The notes beneath the pieces were generated by a model that searched no databases, had not been told where the DNA came from, and saw nothing but the letters and a program-made list of their open reading frames with translations. The translations under genes and the position numbers were made by a program. Positions 17,298-25,971 of a stretch of DNA of 64,000 bases are shown one piece after another (position 1 is the first letter of the stretch; each line of letters opens with the position of its first letter). The stretch is from NCBI GenBank assembly GCA_035450185.1, contig DAOTMG010000010.1:2216-66215 (forward strand). Reading direction: 5' to 3'. The stretch comes from Syntrophales bacterium (GTDB lineage Bacteria; Desulfobacterota; Syntrophia; Syntrophales; UBA2192).

Positions 17298-17313
17298 AGC
17301 AGATTGCGTGCCA
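17298..17313 (-). promoter_or_regulatory. sigma-54 (-24/-12) promoter motif directed toward the pilMN operon
   Basis: The minus strand reads TGGCACGCAATCTGCT (TGGCAC-N5-cTGCT, GG-N10-GC exact). It is about 305 nt upstream of the pilMN start at 16993, in an A/T-rich intergenic region. Confidence 0.65.
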
Positions 17314-17647
17314 GAGTACTCAAGACCGTTACAAATGGCCGGCTCCTTGACAACAGGGCACATTCCCCCTTGAGCCCGGTGAATGAAATTCACAATCAAT
17401 TGAAATCATTATAAAAAATGTATGACATCCCGCCTGGAAAATGTCGCTCGCGGGGACGCTCGATGGAGCCCGGGGGAGGCTTGTGCTTCAACACCCGCTA
17501 ATAACTGAAAAAGAATACGTGTTTTTGACTCTTGCCCGCAGGGCACCCGTTCTCACTTTCACTTGAAAAAAGGTCCCTATTTTATTAAATCAAGGTTGCA
17601 GCTTTTCTTCGGGAAGCACCAGAAAACGGTCATGCAACGGGAGGCTC

Positions 17648-18046
17648 ATGAAAAATCTCTCGATCAGGACAACAGCCAGGTTTCAGATGGTGGACATCAC
17701 GGGCGATATCCGGAAGGCGGTACGGGACAGCGAGGTGACCAGCGGCTTTTGCCTCGTCTTCGTCCCCCATACAACGGCGGCCGTGACGATCAACGAAAAT
17801 GCCGACCCCGACGTCTCCCGGGATATCCTGACCGGACTGGACAAGTTCATCCCCCTTCATGACAACTACAGGCACCTGGAGGGCAACGCGGCCGCCCACA
17901 TCAAGGCCTCCCTCGTCGGCGCCTCGGAACAGATCATCATCGAAAAAGGGGAACTCGTGCTCGGGACCTGGCAGTCCGTCTTCTTCTGCGAATTCGACGG
18001 TCCCCGGACGAGGAGGGTTCTCGTCAGGGTCATTCGGAACGTTTAA
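17648..18046 (+). CDS. yjbQ: YjbQ/UPF0047 family protein (secondary thiamine-phosphate synthase enzyme family)
   Basis: 132 aa with family motifs FVPHTTAAVTINENADPDV and HLEGNAAAHIKASLVG...GTWQSVFFCEFDGPR. Confidence 0.85.
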   Translation: MKNLSIRTTARFQMVDITGDIRKAVRDSEVTSGFCLVFVPHTTAAVTINENADPDVSRDILTGLDKFIPLHDNYRHLEGNAAAHIKASLVGASEQIIIEKGELVLGTWQSVFFCEFDGPRTRRVLVRVIRNV

Positions 18047-18121
18047 GCCGGATACGCCACGCTCCGGCCCGCATCGAGGCGCCGTCATCGGACGGTGAAT
18101 TTTCGGCAGGAACCTCGGCAC

Positions 18122-18901
18122 ATGGGGAAAAACAGGGTTGTCATCCTCGGATCAGGAACGGTCGTTCCTTCGCTCAGAAGGAGCACCTGCTCGGTGCTCA
18201 TCGAACGGGGCCGAACAAAGCTTGTTCTCGATCTCGGCGCCGGTACCATGAGGCGCCTGCTCGAAGCCGGTGTGAGGATTTCCGAGGTCACCCAGATCCT
18301 CTTCAGTCACTTCCACCCCGATCACACAGGGGAATTCGTCTCCTTCCTCTTTGCCACGAAGTACCCCGAAAACCTGCGGCGCAGGACCCCCTTCCGGATC
18401 GTCGGTGCCCCGGGACTTCGGGATCTTTATGAAAAATTGAAGGGCGCTTACGGCGACTGGATCGTCCTGGAAGAAGGCCTGATGGAGATCGTCGAATTGA
18501 GCAACGCCGGGCCCGACCGATGCTCCGCGGGAGAACTGGAGATTGTGAGCCTCCCCATGAATCACATCACAAGCAGCCTCGGCTACCGTGTACGGTTCCC
18601 GGGAGGGTTCTCCGTCGCCTATTCGGGGGATACGGATTACTGCGAGAACCTGGTCAGACTTGCGGAAGGAACGGATCTTTTCATCTGCGAGAGCGCCTTC
18701 CCCGATGACCAAAAGGTCTCAGGGCACCTGACACCGTCGCTCGCCGGTGAAATCGCGACCCGCGCCGGGGTGAAGCGACTGGTTCTGACCCATTTCTACC
18801 CGGAATGCGACGATGCGGATATCGAGGGCCAGTGCCGCAAGAGCTATACGGGACGCCTGGATCCAGCGCAGGATCTCATGTCCTTCGACGTCCCGCCCTG
18901 A
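18122..18901 (+). CDS. MBL-fold metallo-hydrolase (RNase Z/ElaC-like)
   Basis: VVILGSGTVVPS N-terminus, HFHPDHTGE metal motif, SGDTDY, LTHFYPE. ATG 18122 was chosen; the tracked GTG 18095 is also possible. Confidence 0.75.
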   Translation: MGKNRVVILGSGTVVPSLRRSTCSVLIERGRTKLVLDLGAGTMRRLLEAGVRISEVTQILFSHFHPDHTGEFVSFLFATKYPENLRRRTPFRIVGAPGLRDLYEKLKGAYGDWIVLEEGLMEIVELSNAGPDRCSAGELEIVSLPMNHITSSLGYRVRFPGGFSVAYSGDTDYCENLVRLAEGTDLFICESAFPDDQKVSGHLTPSLAGEIATRAGVKRLVLTHFYPECDDADIEGQCRKSYTGRLDPAQDLMSFDVPP

Positions 18902-18922
18902 AGGCAAAACAGGAGAGCGAAT

Positions 18923-18953
18923 AAAAAAACCGGCGTCGTCAACCGGCGCCGGC
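18923..18953 (-). terminator. intrinsic terminator after the Hsp20 gene triplet
   Basis: The minus strand reads CCGGCG-(11 nt)-CGCCGG followed by TTTTTTT, about 10 nt past the stop at 18964. Confidence 0.65.
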
Positions 18954-18963
18954 TCTGCATTTA

Positions 18964-19464
18964 TCATTTCCCCGTCTTGATGGTGACTTTCTTTGTCTTC
19001 TCCTTGGCCTTGGCGGTCTTGGGAAGGTTGACCGTCAGGACGCCCTTGCTGAAGCCGGCATCGACCTTCCCGGCATCCACCCCATCCGGCAGGGGGATCA
19101 CACGGTGGAAAGACCCGTAGGACCTCTCCATCCGGTAGAAACTTTCGCCCTTTTCTTCCTTCTCATGCTTCTTCTCCCCTTTGAGGGTCAGGGAGTCGGC
19201 GGACAGCATCACTTCCACGTCCTTCTCATCCATGCCGGGAAGCTCCGCCGTGACGGTGAAGGCCTTGTCCGATTCCTTGACATCGATGCGGGGTGCAAAC
19301 TCGCCGACCCGCCCCATCTCTGCAAAGGGCCGCAGATCGGTTCCTCGGAAGAAATCGTCGAACAACCTGTTCACCTGCCGTTGCAGGGACTGCAGCGGCC
19401 AATCCTCATCACTCTCTCTCCCGCTCCAGACGGCTGGAAGGAGATCTCGAATTTTCTTGTCCAT
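18964..19464 (-). CDS. Hsp20/alpha-crystallin family small heat-shock protein
   Basis: Alpha-crystallin domain (IDVKESDKAFTVTAELPGMDEKDVEV...GSFHRVIPLP...GVLTVNLPK). Confidence 0.9.
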   Translation of the reverse strand: MDKKIRDLLPAVWSGRESDEDWPLQSLQRQVNRLFDDFFRGTDLRPFAEMGRVGEFAPRIDVKESDKAFTVTAELPGMDEKDVEVMLSADSLTLKGEKKHEKEEKGESFYRMERSYGSFHRVIPLPDGVDAGKVDAGFSKGVLTVNLPKTAKAKEKTKKVTIKTGK

Positions 19465-19492
19465 CGGTCGTACCTCCTTTCCCTTTCCATTT

Positions 19493-19891
19493 TCATTCCG
19501 CCCTGACGATGATTTTCTTCACCTTGACCTTCTCGGTCTTCGGCAGTGTGAGCCGCAGCACGCCGTTCTTGACCGCGGCTTCGATCCGATCCCCATCGAT
19601 CTCGTCGGAAATCGTAAACGACCGCTGGTAATCGCCGACCCCGTATTCGCTGTACGCGAGCCGATACCCTTCAAAGGCGACGGGATCGACGGTTCCACTG
19701 ATCGTCAGCACGTTCTTTTCCAGCGTGATGTCGACGTTCTCCTCGTTCACACCGGGCATGTCCGCGACGAGCAGGACCGCATCCTTGCTGTCATAGATAT
19801 CCACACTGGGAATGTATACCCTCCCGGATCTTGTTCTCTCCGTTTCGGAAGGGGACTGTGCCTCGCGCTTCTCGATGTCTTTGGTCGCCAT
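19493..19891 (-). CDS. Hsp20/alpha-crystallin family small heat-shock protein
   Basis: VDIYDSKDAVLLVADMPGVNEENVDI...YQRSFTISDEID...GVLRLTLPK. Confidence 0.9.
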   Translation of the reverse strand: MATKDIEKREAQSPSETERTRSGRVYIPSVDIYDSKDAVLLVADMPGVNEENVDITLEKNVLTISGTVDPVAFEGYRLAYSEYGVGDYQRSFTISDEIDGDRIEAAVKNGVLRLTLPKTEKVKVKKIIVRAE

Positions 19892-19909
19892 ATCATCACC
19901 CTCCCTGTT

Positions 19910-20353
19910 TCATTTTGATTTGATCTGAATCTTCTTGGGTTTGTCTTCCTCGGCACGGGGCAGCGTGACCTGGAGAATGCCCCTTTCGTATTTTGCCGTC
20001 ACCTTGTCCGCCTCGACCCTGAAGGGCAGCTTGACGGTTCGGGCGAAGGACCCGCTCCCCCTTTCCCGGCGATGATAACTCTCACCCTCTTTCAGGACAT
20101 CGGCTTTCCGTTCACCCTTCAAGGTCAGGGTCTCGCCGATGACCGATATGTCGATGTCCTGGACATCGATGCCGGGAAGCTCCGCCGTGACGAGAACGTT
20201 CTGATCCTGGACCCAGATGTTCAGCGCCGGAGATCCCTGCGCACTCCGGGGATCGGCCTGAGTAAAAAGGCGATTCATCTCCCTGCGAAGAGTTTCGACC
20301 TCCCGGAAGGGGTCCCATCCTCTTCCCAAACGTCTAAAATCCTGCCAGAACAT
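19910..20353 (-). CDS. Hsp20/alpha-crystallin family small heat-shock protein
   Basis: LNIWVQDQNVLVTAELPGIDVQDIDI...GSFARTVKLPF...GILQVTLPR. GGAGG precedes the ATG. Confidence 0.9.
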   Translation of the reverse strand: MFWQDFRRLGRGWDPFREVETLRREMNRLFTQADPRSAQGSPALNIWVQDQNVLVTAELPGIDVQDIDISVIGETLTLKGERKADVLKEGESYHRRERGSGSFARTVKLPFRVEADKVTAKYERGILQVTLPRAEEDKPKKIQIKSK

Positions 20354-20512
20354 AGGCCATCAACCTCCTTTCCAGAATGTGTCTGTATCATATTCGTCTG
20401 TTCGTACAAACGGTCGGACCTTGCGTCTCGATCATAAATTAATAATGGCTTCGGGGTTGTCAAGACAGGGGGACTCATCGGAATGTTCCGGCGGAACGAA
20501 ACAAGCGGGCAA

Positions 20513-21178
20513 TCAGGGGGAAGGCCAATCCTTCAGCAGCATGGCGCCCCTGTATAGATAGTAGAGCCCGACCGACTGCACGACATGGTAGAGATCATTG
20601 TGGTTGAAATGCCTGTGAAGGGAGAGACCGCTCCTCTGGACAATGGCGGCGGCGAAACTGACCAGGATCCCCGCGACGACAAGACCGGGCCCCTCCCGCA
20701 CCCCGGAAACAAGATCGTGCAGCATCGCCGCCAGAACGATCAGCAGGGCGGCACTGTAGAAAATGACGGCCCACAGGAACCGGTCATCGCGGAGAATGAT
20801 GATCGCATAGAGGGCAATCATAACGACGCCCGACCATTCGAAGACCGGGACATGCCGGGCGGGAAAGGCGTGGCGGGCCACGGCCAGGATCAGGAAGAAA
20901 GCCGCCGCCCCCAGCGAGAGAAGTGTGACCCGCCAGATCAGCCTGCCGATCTCGACGGACAGGTGCCGCCCGATGCCGTGCGTCACGGCACCCAGAAACG
21001 CCCCGAGCCCCAGGGCCCAGAAGGCACGGGAGAAATAGAGATGGACTTTCATCCCCCCCAGTTCCTGCTGCCGGCCCAGGTGAACAGCGAAATAAACGGC
21101 CATGGCCGACAGGATCAGATCCGTCAGGGCGGTAACGGGTTCGTTGATCCAGGTTCTTCCGGGTCGGCGGGTCTCCAT
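20513..21178 (-). CDS. multi-pass (approx 7 TM) membrane protein of unknown function
   Basis: ATG 21178 is preceded by GGAGG. 221 aa, almost entirely hydrophobic helices. The tracked 303-aa ORF start overlaps the upstream gene. Confidence 0.55.
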   Translation of the reverse strand: METRRPGRTWINEPVTALTDLILSAMAVYFAVHLGRQQELGGMKVHLYFSRAFWALGLGAFLGAVTHGIGRHLSVEIGRLIWRVTLLSLGAAAFFLILAVARHAFPARHVPVFEWSGVVMIALYAIIILRDDRFLWAVIFYSAALLIVLAAMLHDLVSGVREGPGLVVAGILVSFAAAIVQRSGLSLHRHFNHNDLYHVVQSVGLYYLYRGAMLLKDWPSP

Positions 21179-21209
21179 GGCTTCCTCCGTCCTTCTGCGC
21201 AAACTCTCT

Positions 21210-21803
21210 TCAGGCCGGGCGTATGTCTTCCTTCCCCCGGAACGAAAACCGCCCCTCATCATCCACGGAGAAATAGCGGACAGGGTTGGGAAGAGAGGCA
21301 TACACCCTTCGAAGATCGCCGGTCGTGATGCGCATGCTCCGCGTGGGGGCGGCAGGGTTGAACATGAAATAGCCGGACCGGAAGATTTCCTCGTCGACAT
21401 AGTAAGGCAGTTCTTCACTCGCATGGCCGAAGGGCGAGACGGCTCCCGGCTCGCACCCCGTCCACCGGATCAACTCCTCCAGTTTCGCGAAGCGGATATC
21501 TTTTGTCCCGAACTCTCTCTTGAACATGCGGGCGACGATCTCTTTCTCCGCCGTCGTAACGACCAGGTAGTAACGCCCCCGGGCATGGAAGAGGACGCAC
21601 TTGCTGCTGGCGCCGCTCCAGCCCGCCTCCCGGCGGAATCTCAGCGAGTCTTCACATCCGCTCACGGGCGGATGATCGATTTCCTCGCCGGCAACGCCCA
21701 GGCGCCGCAGAAGTTCCTTGATCTTCTCGTAGGCATCCACGAAACTCACCCCTCCCGCGCAAGGTTTTGTCCCATTTTTATGTGAAGCGCCGGGCAGGAT
21801 CAA
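21210..21803 (-). CDS. YbaK/ProX-like aminoacyl-tRNA editing domain protein
   Basis: [22 protein letters not shown]...[12 protein letters not shown] matches the YbaK/prolyl-tRNA-synthetase-associated domain pattern. The start is uncertain. Confidence 0.55.
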   Translation of the reverse strand: MILPGASHKNGTKPCAGGVSFVDAYEKIKELLRRLGVAGEEIDHPPVSGCEDSLRFRREAGWSGASSKCVLFHARGRYYLVVTTAEKEIVARMFKREFGTKDIRFAKLEELIRWTGCEPGAVSPFGHASEELPYYVDEEIFRSGYFMFNPAAPTRSMRITTGDLRRVYASLPNPVRYFSVDDEGRFSFRGKEDIRPA

Positions 21804-21917
21804 GAAGAAAGTTCCGGCGATATCCGCCGATGCCTGAAAAGGCCTTGTCGGACCTCCGGGGATCGTGCTATGGGAATTCCCGAGTACCGTGACCCCTCAT
21901 CGAAAAAAAGAGGATCC

Positions 21918-22703
21918 ATGGCGACGTTCAGGATTGCCACGTACAACGTCAACTCCATCCGGACCCGACTGCACATCGTCATCCCCTGGATCGAGAAGAA
22001 CAGACCCACGGTGATCTGCTTCCAGGAGACGAAGGTGGAGGATGACAAATTTCCGGTCGGGGCCTTCGAGGCCGCCGGCTACGCCGTGGTCTTCAGGGGG
22101 AAGAAAGGTTACAACGGTGTCGCCATCGCCTCGCTTGACAAACCCGGCGCGGTCCGGTACGGCCTCGATGACGGAGGCCCCGCCGACGAGGACCGTCTCA
22201 TCCGCGGTGTCTTCTCCGGCGTCTCCGTCGTCAACACCTACGTCCCCCAGGGGGAGAAGAAGGATAGCCCCAAGTTCGCCTACAAGCTTCAGTGGTTCGA
22301 GCGTCTGAAGAAACATTTCGCCAGGCACGACTCCCCCCGGAAGCCGCTCATCTGGTGCGGCGACATCAACGTGGCCCGCGAGGAGATCGACGTGCACAAC
22401 CCGAAAAGGCTGCTGGGTCACGTCGATTTCACGCCGGAAGTGTGGGAAGCTTTCGACACCGTCAAGGCCTGGGGTTTCACGGACGTCTTCAGGAAACACC
22501 ACACGGGGGAGCCCGGCCACTACACCTTTTTCGATTATCGAATCCCCAAGACCGTCGAGAGGGGATTGGGATGGCGCGTGGACCATATCCTGGCCACGGC
22601 GCCCCTTGCGGCGAAGTCCGTCGACTCCTACATCGACATGAAGCCCCGGACGGCCGAGAAACCCTCTGATCACACCATCCTCGTCGCCGAGTTCAAGCTG
22701 TAA
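21918..22703 (+). CDS. xth: exodeoxyribonuclease III
   Basis: [17 protein letters not shown]...ICFQETK...GYNGVAI...WCGDINVA...[10 protein letters not shown] (ExoIII/APE1 motifs). ATG 21918 has an AGAGGA RBS. Confidence 0.9.
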   Translation: MATFRIATYNVNSIRTRLHIVIPWIEKNRPTVICFQETKVEDDKFPVGAFEAAGYAVVFRGKKGYNGVAIASLDKPGAVRYGLDDGGPADEDRLIRGVFSGVSVVNTYVPQGEKKDSPKFAYKLQWFERLKKHFARHDSPRKPLIWCGDINVAREEIDVHNPKRLLGHVDFTPEVWEAFDTVKAWGFTDVFRKHHTGEPGHYTFFDYRIPKTVERGLGWRVDHILATAPLAAKSVDSYIDMKPRTAEKPSDHTILVAEFKL

Positions 22704-22707
22704 TCCC

Positions 22708-23454
22708 ATGACGGCGCCCGCCCCGAAAGAGGAAAATCTTGCGGCCGTCCTCAAAGACGGCGTGAAGACCGCCTGGCCCATCTGTCTCGGCTATTTCCCC
22801 ATCGGGCTCGCCTTCGGCGTCATCGCCGGCAAAGCGGGACTGTCTCCCCTGGATATCGGCCTCATGTCCGTTCTGGTTTTCGCGGGGAGTGCCCAGTTCA
22901 TCGCCGTTTCCATGCTGACCGGCGGGGCCGGCCTGATTCCCGTCGTGATGACCGCCTTTGTCGTGAACCTGAGGCACCTCCTCATGAGTTCCTCCCTGTC
23001 GGTCTTCCTGCGGGATCTGGGGGCGTGGCGGACGGCCCTTTACGGTTACGGCGTCACCGACGAGAGTTTTGCCGTCAATCTCACGAAATTCCGGGACGAA
23101 AGCTGGGACTGGAGGCGGGCCCTCGTCGTGAATCACACGTCCAATGCCGCCTGGGTGGGAAGCACCGTGATCGGCGGGTACGCGGGGGAACTGGTGCCTC
23201 CCGGCGCCTTCGGGCTGGATTACGCTCTCATTGCGATGTTCCTCTGCCTGCTCGTGTTTCAGCTGAGGGGTCCCCTCTACACGGCCGTTGCCGTCGTTTC
23301 CGGTGGTGTGGCGGTCTTGTTTTCGCTCCTCTTCCCGGGGAATTTCTACATCGTCGCAGCGTCCGTGATCGCGGCCACCCTCGGCCTCGTCTTCATCCGA
23401 AGACGGCCGGGAACCCCGGCTCTGCAAATGGGAACGGAAGAAGCCAAGTCATGA
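22708..23454 (+). CDS. azlC: AzlC family branched-chain amino acid exporter subunit
   Basis: PIGLAFGVIAGKAGLSPLDIGLMSVLVFAGSAQFIAVSML is the typical AzlC core. It is followed by an overlapping azlD. Confidence 0.85.
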   Translation: MTAPAPKEENLAAVLKDGVKTAWPICLGYFPIGLAFGVIAGKAGLSPLDIGLMSVLVFAGSAQFIAVSMLTGGAGLIPVVMTAFVVNLRHLLMSSSLSVFLRDLGAWRTALYGYGVTDESFAVNLTKFRDESWDWRRALVVNHTSNAAWVGSTVIGGYAGELVPPGAFGLDYALIAMFLCLLVFQLRGPLYTAVAVVSGGVAVLFSLLFPGNFYIVAASVIAATLGLVFIRRRPGTPALQMGTEEAKS

Positions 23455-23774
23455 ATACCGATATCCTCCTCCTTTCCTTCTTCATGGGTCTCGTCACCTA
23501 CATCCCCCGATGGTTCCCCCTGGCTTTTCTCTCCAGGCGCCGGCTTCCCGGGTGGTTCACGACATGGCTCGACTTCATCCCCGTATCCATCCTGAGCGCG
23601 CTGGTGGCGCCGGCGCTGATCACATCCGGGGAGCCCCGGCACATGGATATCCTGAGACCGGAGCTCTTCGTCGCCGTGCCGACCTTCATCATCGCGCTGA
23701 AAACACGCTCCCTCGGCCTCACCGTTGTCGCAGGAATGCTTCTCTTCTGGGTCGCGGGGATGTGGCTTCGATGA
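23451..23774 (+). CDS. azlD: AzlD family branched-chain amino acid exporter small subunit
   Basis: 107 aa, 4 TM, MNTDILLLSFFMGLVTYIPRWFPL. The ATGA overlap with the azlC stop suggests translational coupling. The tracked ORF from 23025 is an artefactual extension. Confidence 0.8.
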   Translation: MNTDILLLSFFMGLVTYIPRWFPLAFLSRRRLPGWFTTWLDFIPVSILSALVAPALITSGEPRHMDILRPELFVAVPTFIIALKTRSLGLTVVAGMLLFWVAGMWLR

Positions 23775-23908
23775 TCCACTCCGGTTTCCGGCGCGGTCCC
23801 TGTCCGCTTCCTGGATGTTCTTCTTCTCTGCTCTTCCTCTCGACAAAAACCTGAAAAACGTTAAAATAGAACCGTGACACTTTCGACGGGTATAACGGGG
23901 AAGAAACC

Positions 23909-24940
23909 ATGAAAATCAATTTCACCCGCAACAACGGCCCCGTGGACGGGATCATCGATCAGTTGATGGAAACAGCCGGGGACATCCGCAGGCCGGAATT
24001 CGTCCGCGAGATGATCATCGCATCGCTCAAAGCCGGGCAGGAGGACGACGAGGGAGGGGACATCAAGCTCATGAACTCGACATTGAAGGAAATGCGCTTC
24101 ACCTCCAAGGTCTTCAGCCCCTATCGGAACGTGCGCAAAGTCACCGTCTTCGGCTCCGCCCGTGTCCGGGCAGGGGACCCCCTGTACGAGATGGCCGGGC
24201 TTCTCGGGGAAAAACTCGCCGAGGCCGGCTACATGGTCATCACCGGAGGCGGCGCCGGGATCATGGAAGCCGTCAACAAGGGCGCCGGTCCCGAGCACTC
24301 CTTCGGGGTGAACATCCGCCTGCCTTTTGAAGAAAGACCGAATCCCGTGATCAAAGGCAACCCGCGGGCCATCAATTACAAGTATTTCTTCAATCGGAAG
24401 GTGGCTTTCCTCAAGGAGGCCGACGCCGTGGCGCTCTTCCCGGGCGGGTTCGGAACGCTCGACGAGGCGATGGAGGCGCTGACCCTCCTTCAAACGGGCA
24501 AACGCAACCCCATGCCGCTCGTCCTGGTGGATGAGCCCGGTGGTTCCTACTGGGAGCACGTGATCCGGTTTCTCGAAGAGGAACTCCTGACGCGCAACTT
24601 CATCTGCCCGTCGGACTTCGCGATCATCGAGCGGGTCAGCTCGGCATTATCCGCGTTGGAGACGATTCAGCGCTTTTACCGCCGGTATCACAGCATGCGC
24701 TATGTACGCGGGCGGCTCGTGATCCGCCTGACGACCCCGCTCCGCCGGGAGGAAGTTCAAAGGCTGGCAGAGCAGTTCCAGGACATCCTCGTCGCCGGTG
24801 GTGGAATTGTGTCAACAGGCGCCCTGGAAGAGGAAAGAGACGACGGGGATGTCATCGACCTGCCGAGGCTTGCGGTCGATTTCAACCGGAGGGATTTCGG
24901 CAGGCTGCGAAGCCTGATCAATGCGATCAATGATCTCTAA
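23909..24940 (+). CDS. LOG/TIGR00730-family nucleotide 5'-monophosphate nucleosidase-like protein with C-terminal extension
   Basis: VTVFGSARV, VITGGGAGIMEAVNKGA, PGGFGTLDE motifs of the LOG / lysine-decarboxylase-like family, plus an extra approx 100-aa C-terminal domain. Confidence 0.8.
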   Translation: MKINFTRNNGPVDGIIDQLMETAGDIRRPEFVREMIIASLKAGQEDDEGGDIKLMNSTLKEMRFTSKVFSPYRNVRKVTVFGSARVRAGDPLYEMAGLLGEKLAEAGYMVITGGGAGIMEAVNKGAGPEHSFGVNIRLPFEERPNPVIKGNPRAINYKYFFNRKVAFLKEADAVALFPGGFGTLDEAMEALTLLQTGKRNPMPLVLVDEPGGSYWEHVIRFLEEELLTRNFICPSDFAIIERVSSALSALETIQRFYRRYHSMRYVRGRLVIRLTTPLRREEVQRLAEQFQDILVAGGGIVSTGALEEERDDGDVIDLPRLAVDFNRRDFGRLRSLINAINDL

Positions 24941-24993
24941 CTCTCACCGACCGGTTCCTGCAGGGTCCCCTGAATCATGGTGTGCCGTAAAAG

Positions 24994-25027
24994 AAAAACC
25001 CCGCATCCCGACGAAATGCGGGGTTTT
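24994..25027. terminator. bidirectional intrinsic terminator
   Basis: AAAAA-CCCCGCAT-(9 nt)-ATGCGGGG-TTTT, between the convergent LOG gene (stop 24940) and the small secreted protein gene (stop 25072). Confidence 0.7.
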
Positions 25028-25071
25028 CCCGTTCATGCCCGATTTGCCGGATCCGATCAACGGACCCTGTC

Positions 25072-25380
25072 TCAGCGATGCACGGGCACGGGATACCACC
25101 TCTCGTGCACTATATACACGGGCCGTTCGTGATAACGACTGTACCCCCGCTTTACATGACGCGGAGGGACGTGGACATAAACCGGGCGGGCAACGACCAC
25201 GGGCGCGGGACGAACCACGACCGGGGGGGAATAGACAATCATCGGCTGAGGATACGGGCCAAGATCGACATGACCGTAAAAGCCCGGCTCGACGATACGG
25301 ATCGACACGCCGACACCGGCGGCCTGCGCTGCCGGGACCGCAAACAGGGTTATCGCAAGGACTAACAGAATGCGTTTCAT
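25072..25380 (-). CDS. small secreted Pro/Val/His-rich protein of unknown function
   Basis: ATG 25380 is preceded by a GGAAAGGAAAGGG RBS region. Signal peptide MKRILLVLAITLFAVPAAQA|AG. The mature 80 aa are rich in P, V, Y, H, R. Confidence 0.6.
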   Translation of the reverse strand: MKRILLVLAITLFAVPAAQAAGVGVSIRIVEPGFYGHVDLGPYPQPMIVYSPPVVVRPAPVVVARPVYVHVPPRHVKRGYSRYHERPVYIVHERWYPVPVHR

Positions 25381-25577
25381 TTTCCCTTTCCTTTCCCCGG
25401 GGTTGCCTCTCCCCGGTTTTGTTCCCACGGCTGTTGAAACAACCCGCTGCCTTTTTTGATCCGTTATAACGACCGATGGGATGTTTGGTTTACAGTCTTT
25501 CGGGATGCCCGGAACCCGGTTTAAGGCGGGGAAGAGACAATGGGGGGATCGTTCTTTTAGATGTCCGAAAATATAAA

Positions 25578-25921
25578 CTAATCGCAGACCTCGCGGTTGC
25601 AGCGCCTTTCATCGGGCGTCTCGAAAATGGGGGACGGGATCCGGGTGGGTTTGCCGTTTGTGTCAAGGGCCAGGAAGGTCGTGCAGGCTGCAACGGTGTG
25701 CCGAGTCTCTCCCGTGAAGAGGTTTTGCGACTCGGCCCGCACACCCGTTTCCATGGAGCCCTTGGCCGCATGGTTGACGCCGGCTCTCACGGCGATGAGG
25801 TCGCCGATGAAAACGGGGTTGTGGAAATCGAGCCGGTTGATGGAGGCCGCGGCACCGTTCGAAGCGGGCTCATGCCGCGCGTCATGACGACCATGGAGTC
25901 TTTGACCTTCTTTCTTTCCAT
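25578..25921 (-). pseudogene. hotdog-fold acyl-CoA thioesterase remnant (frameshifted, internally shortened)
   Basis: The N-terminus MERKKVKDSMVVMTR is in one frame, from ATG 25921 with a GGGAG RBS. The thioesterase C-terminal core ...EPASNGAAASINRLDFHNPVFIGDLIAVRAGVNHAAKGSMETGVRAE...FLALD is in another frame that has no start until GTG 25790. The segment between the xSN-G motif and the ASIxxxxF motif (central helix) appears to be missing. Confidence 0.5.
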
Positions 25922-25971
25922 GAGCTTTTTTCTCCCGTCATTTCAACGCTGAATCGCTCTCACCGGTCCGT

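Noticed and set aside
20354-20512. Searched for CIRCE (TTAGCACTC-N9-GAGTGCTAA), a ROSE-type thermometer or a sigma-32 promoter upstream of the Hsp20 triplet, and likewise upstream of dnaJ (50326-50418).
   Set aside because: No CIRCE inverted repeat or anti-SD U(U/C)GCU pairing was found. The CTTGACA box lacks a correctly spaced CCCCAT-type -10, so only generic sigma-70-like boxes can be proposed.
25476-25952. A 158-aa plus-strand ORF across the thioesterase remnant region.
   Set aside because: It is antisense to clearly thioesterase-like sequence. It has Gly/Arg-rich composition, no RBS and no recognisable domain.
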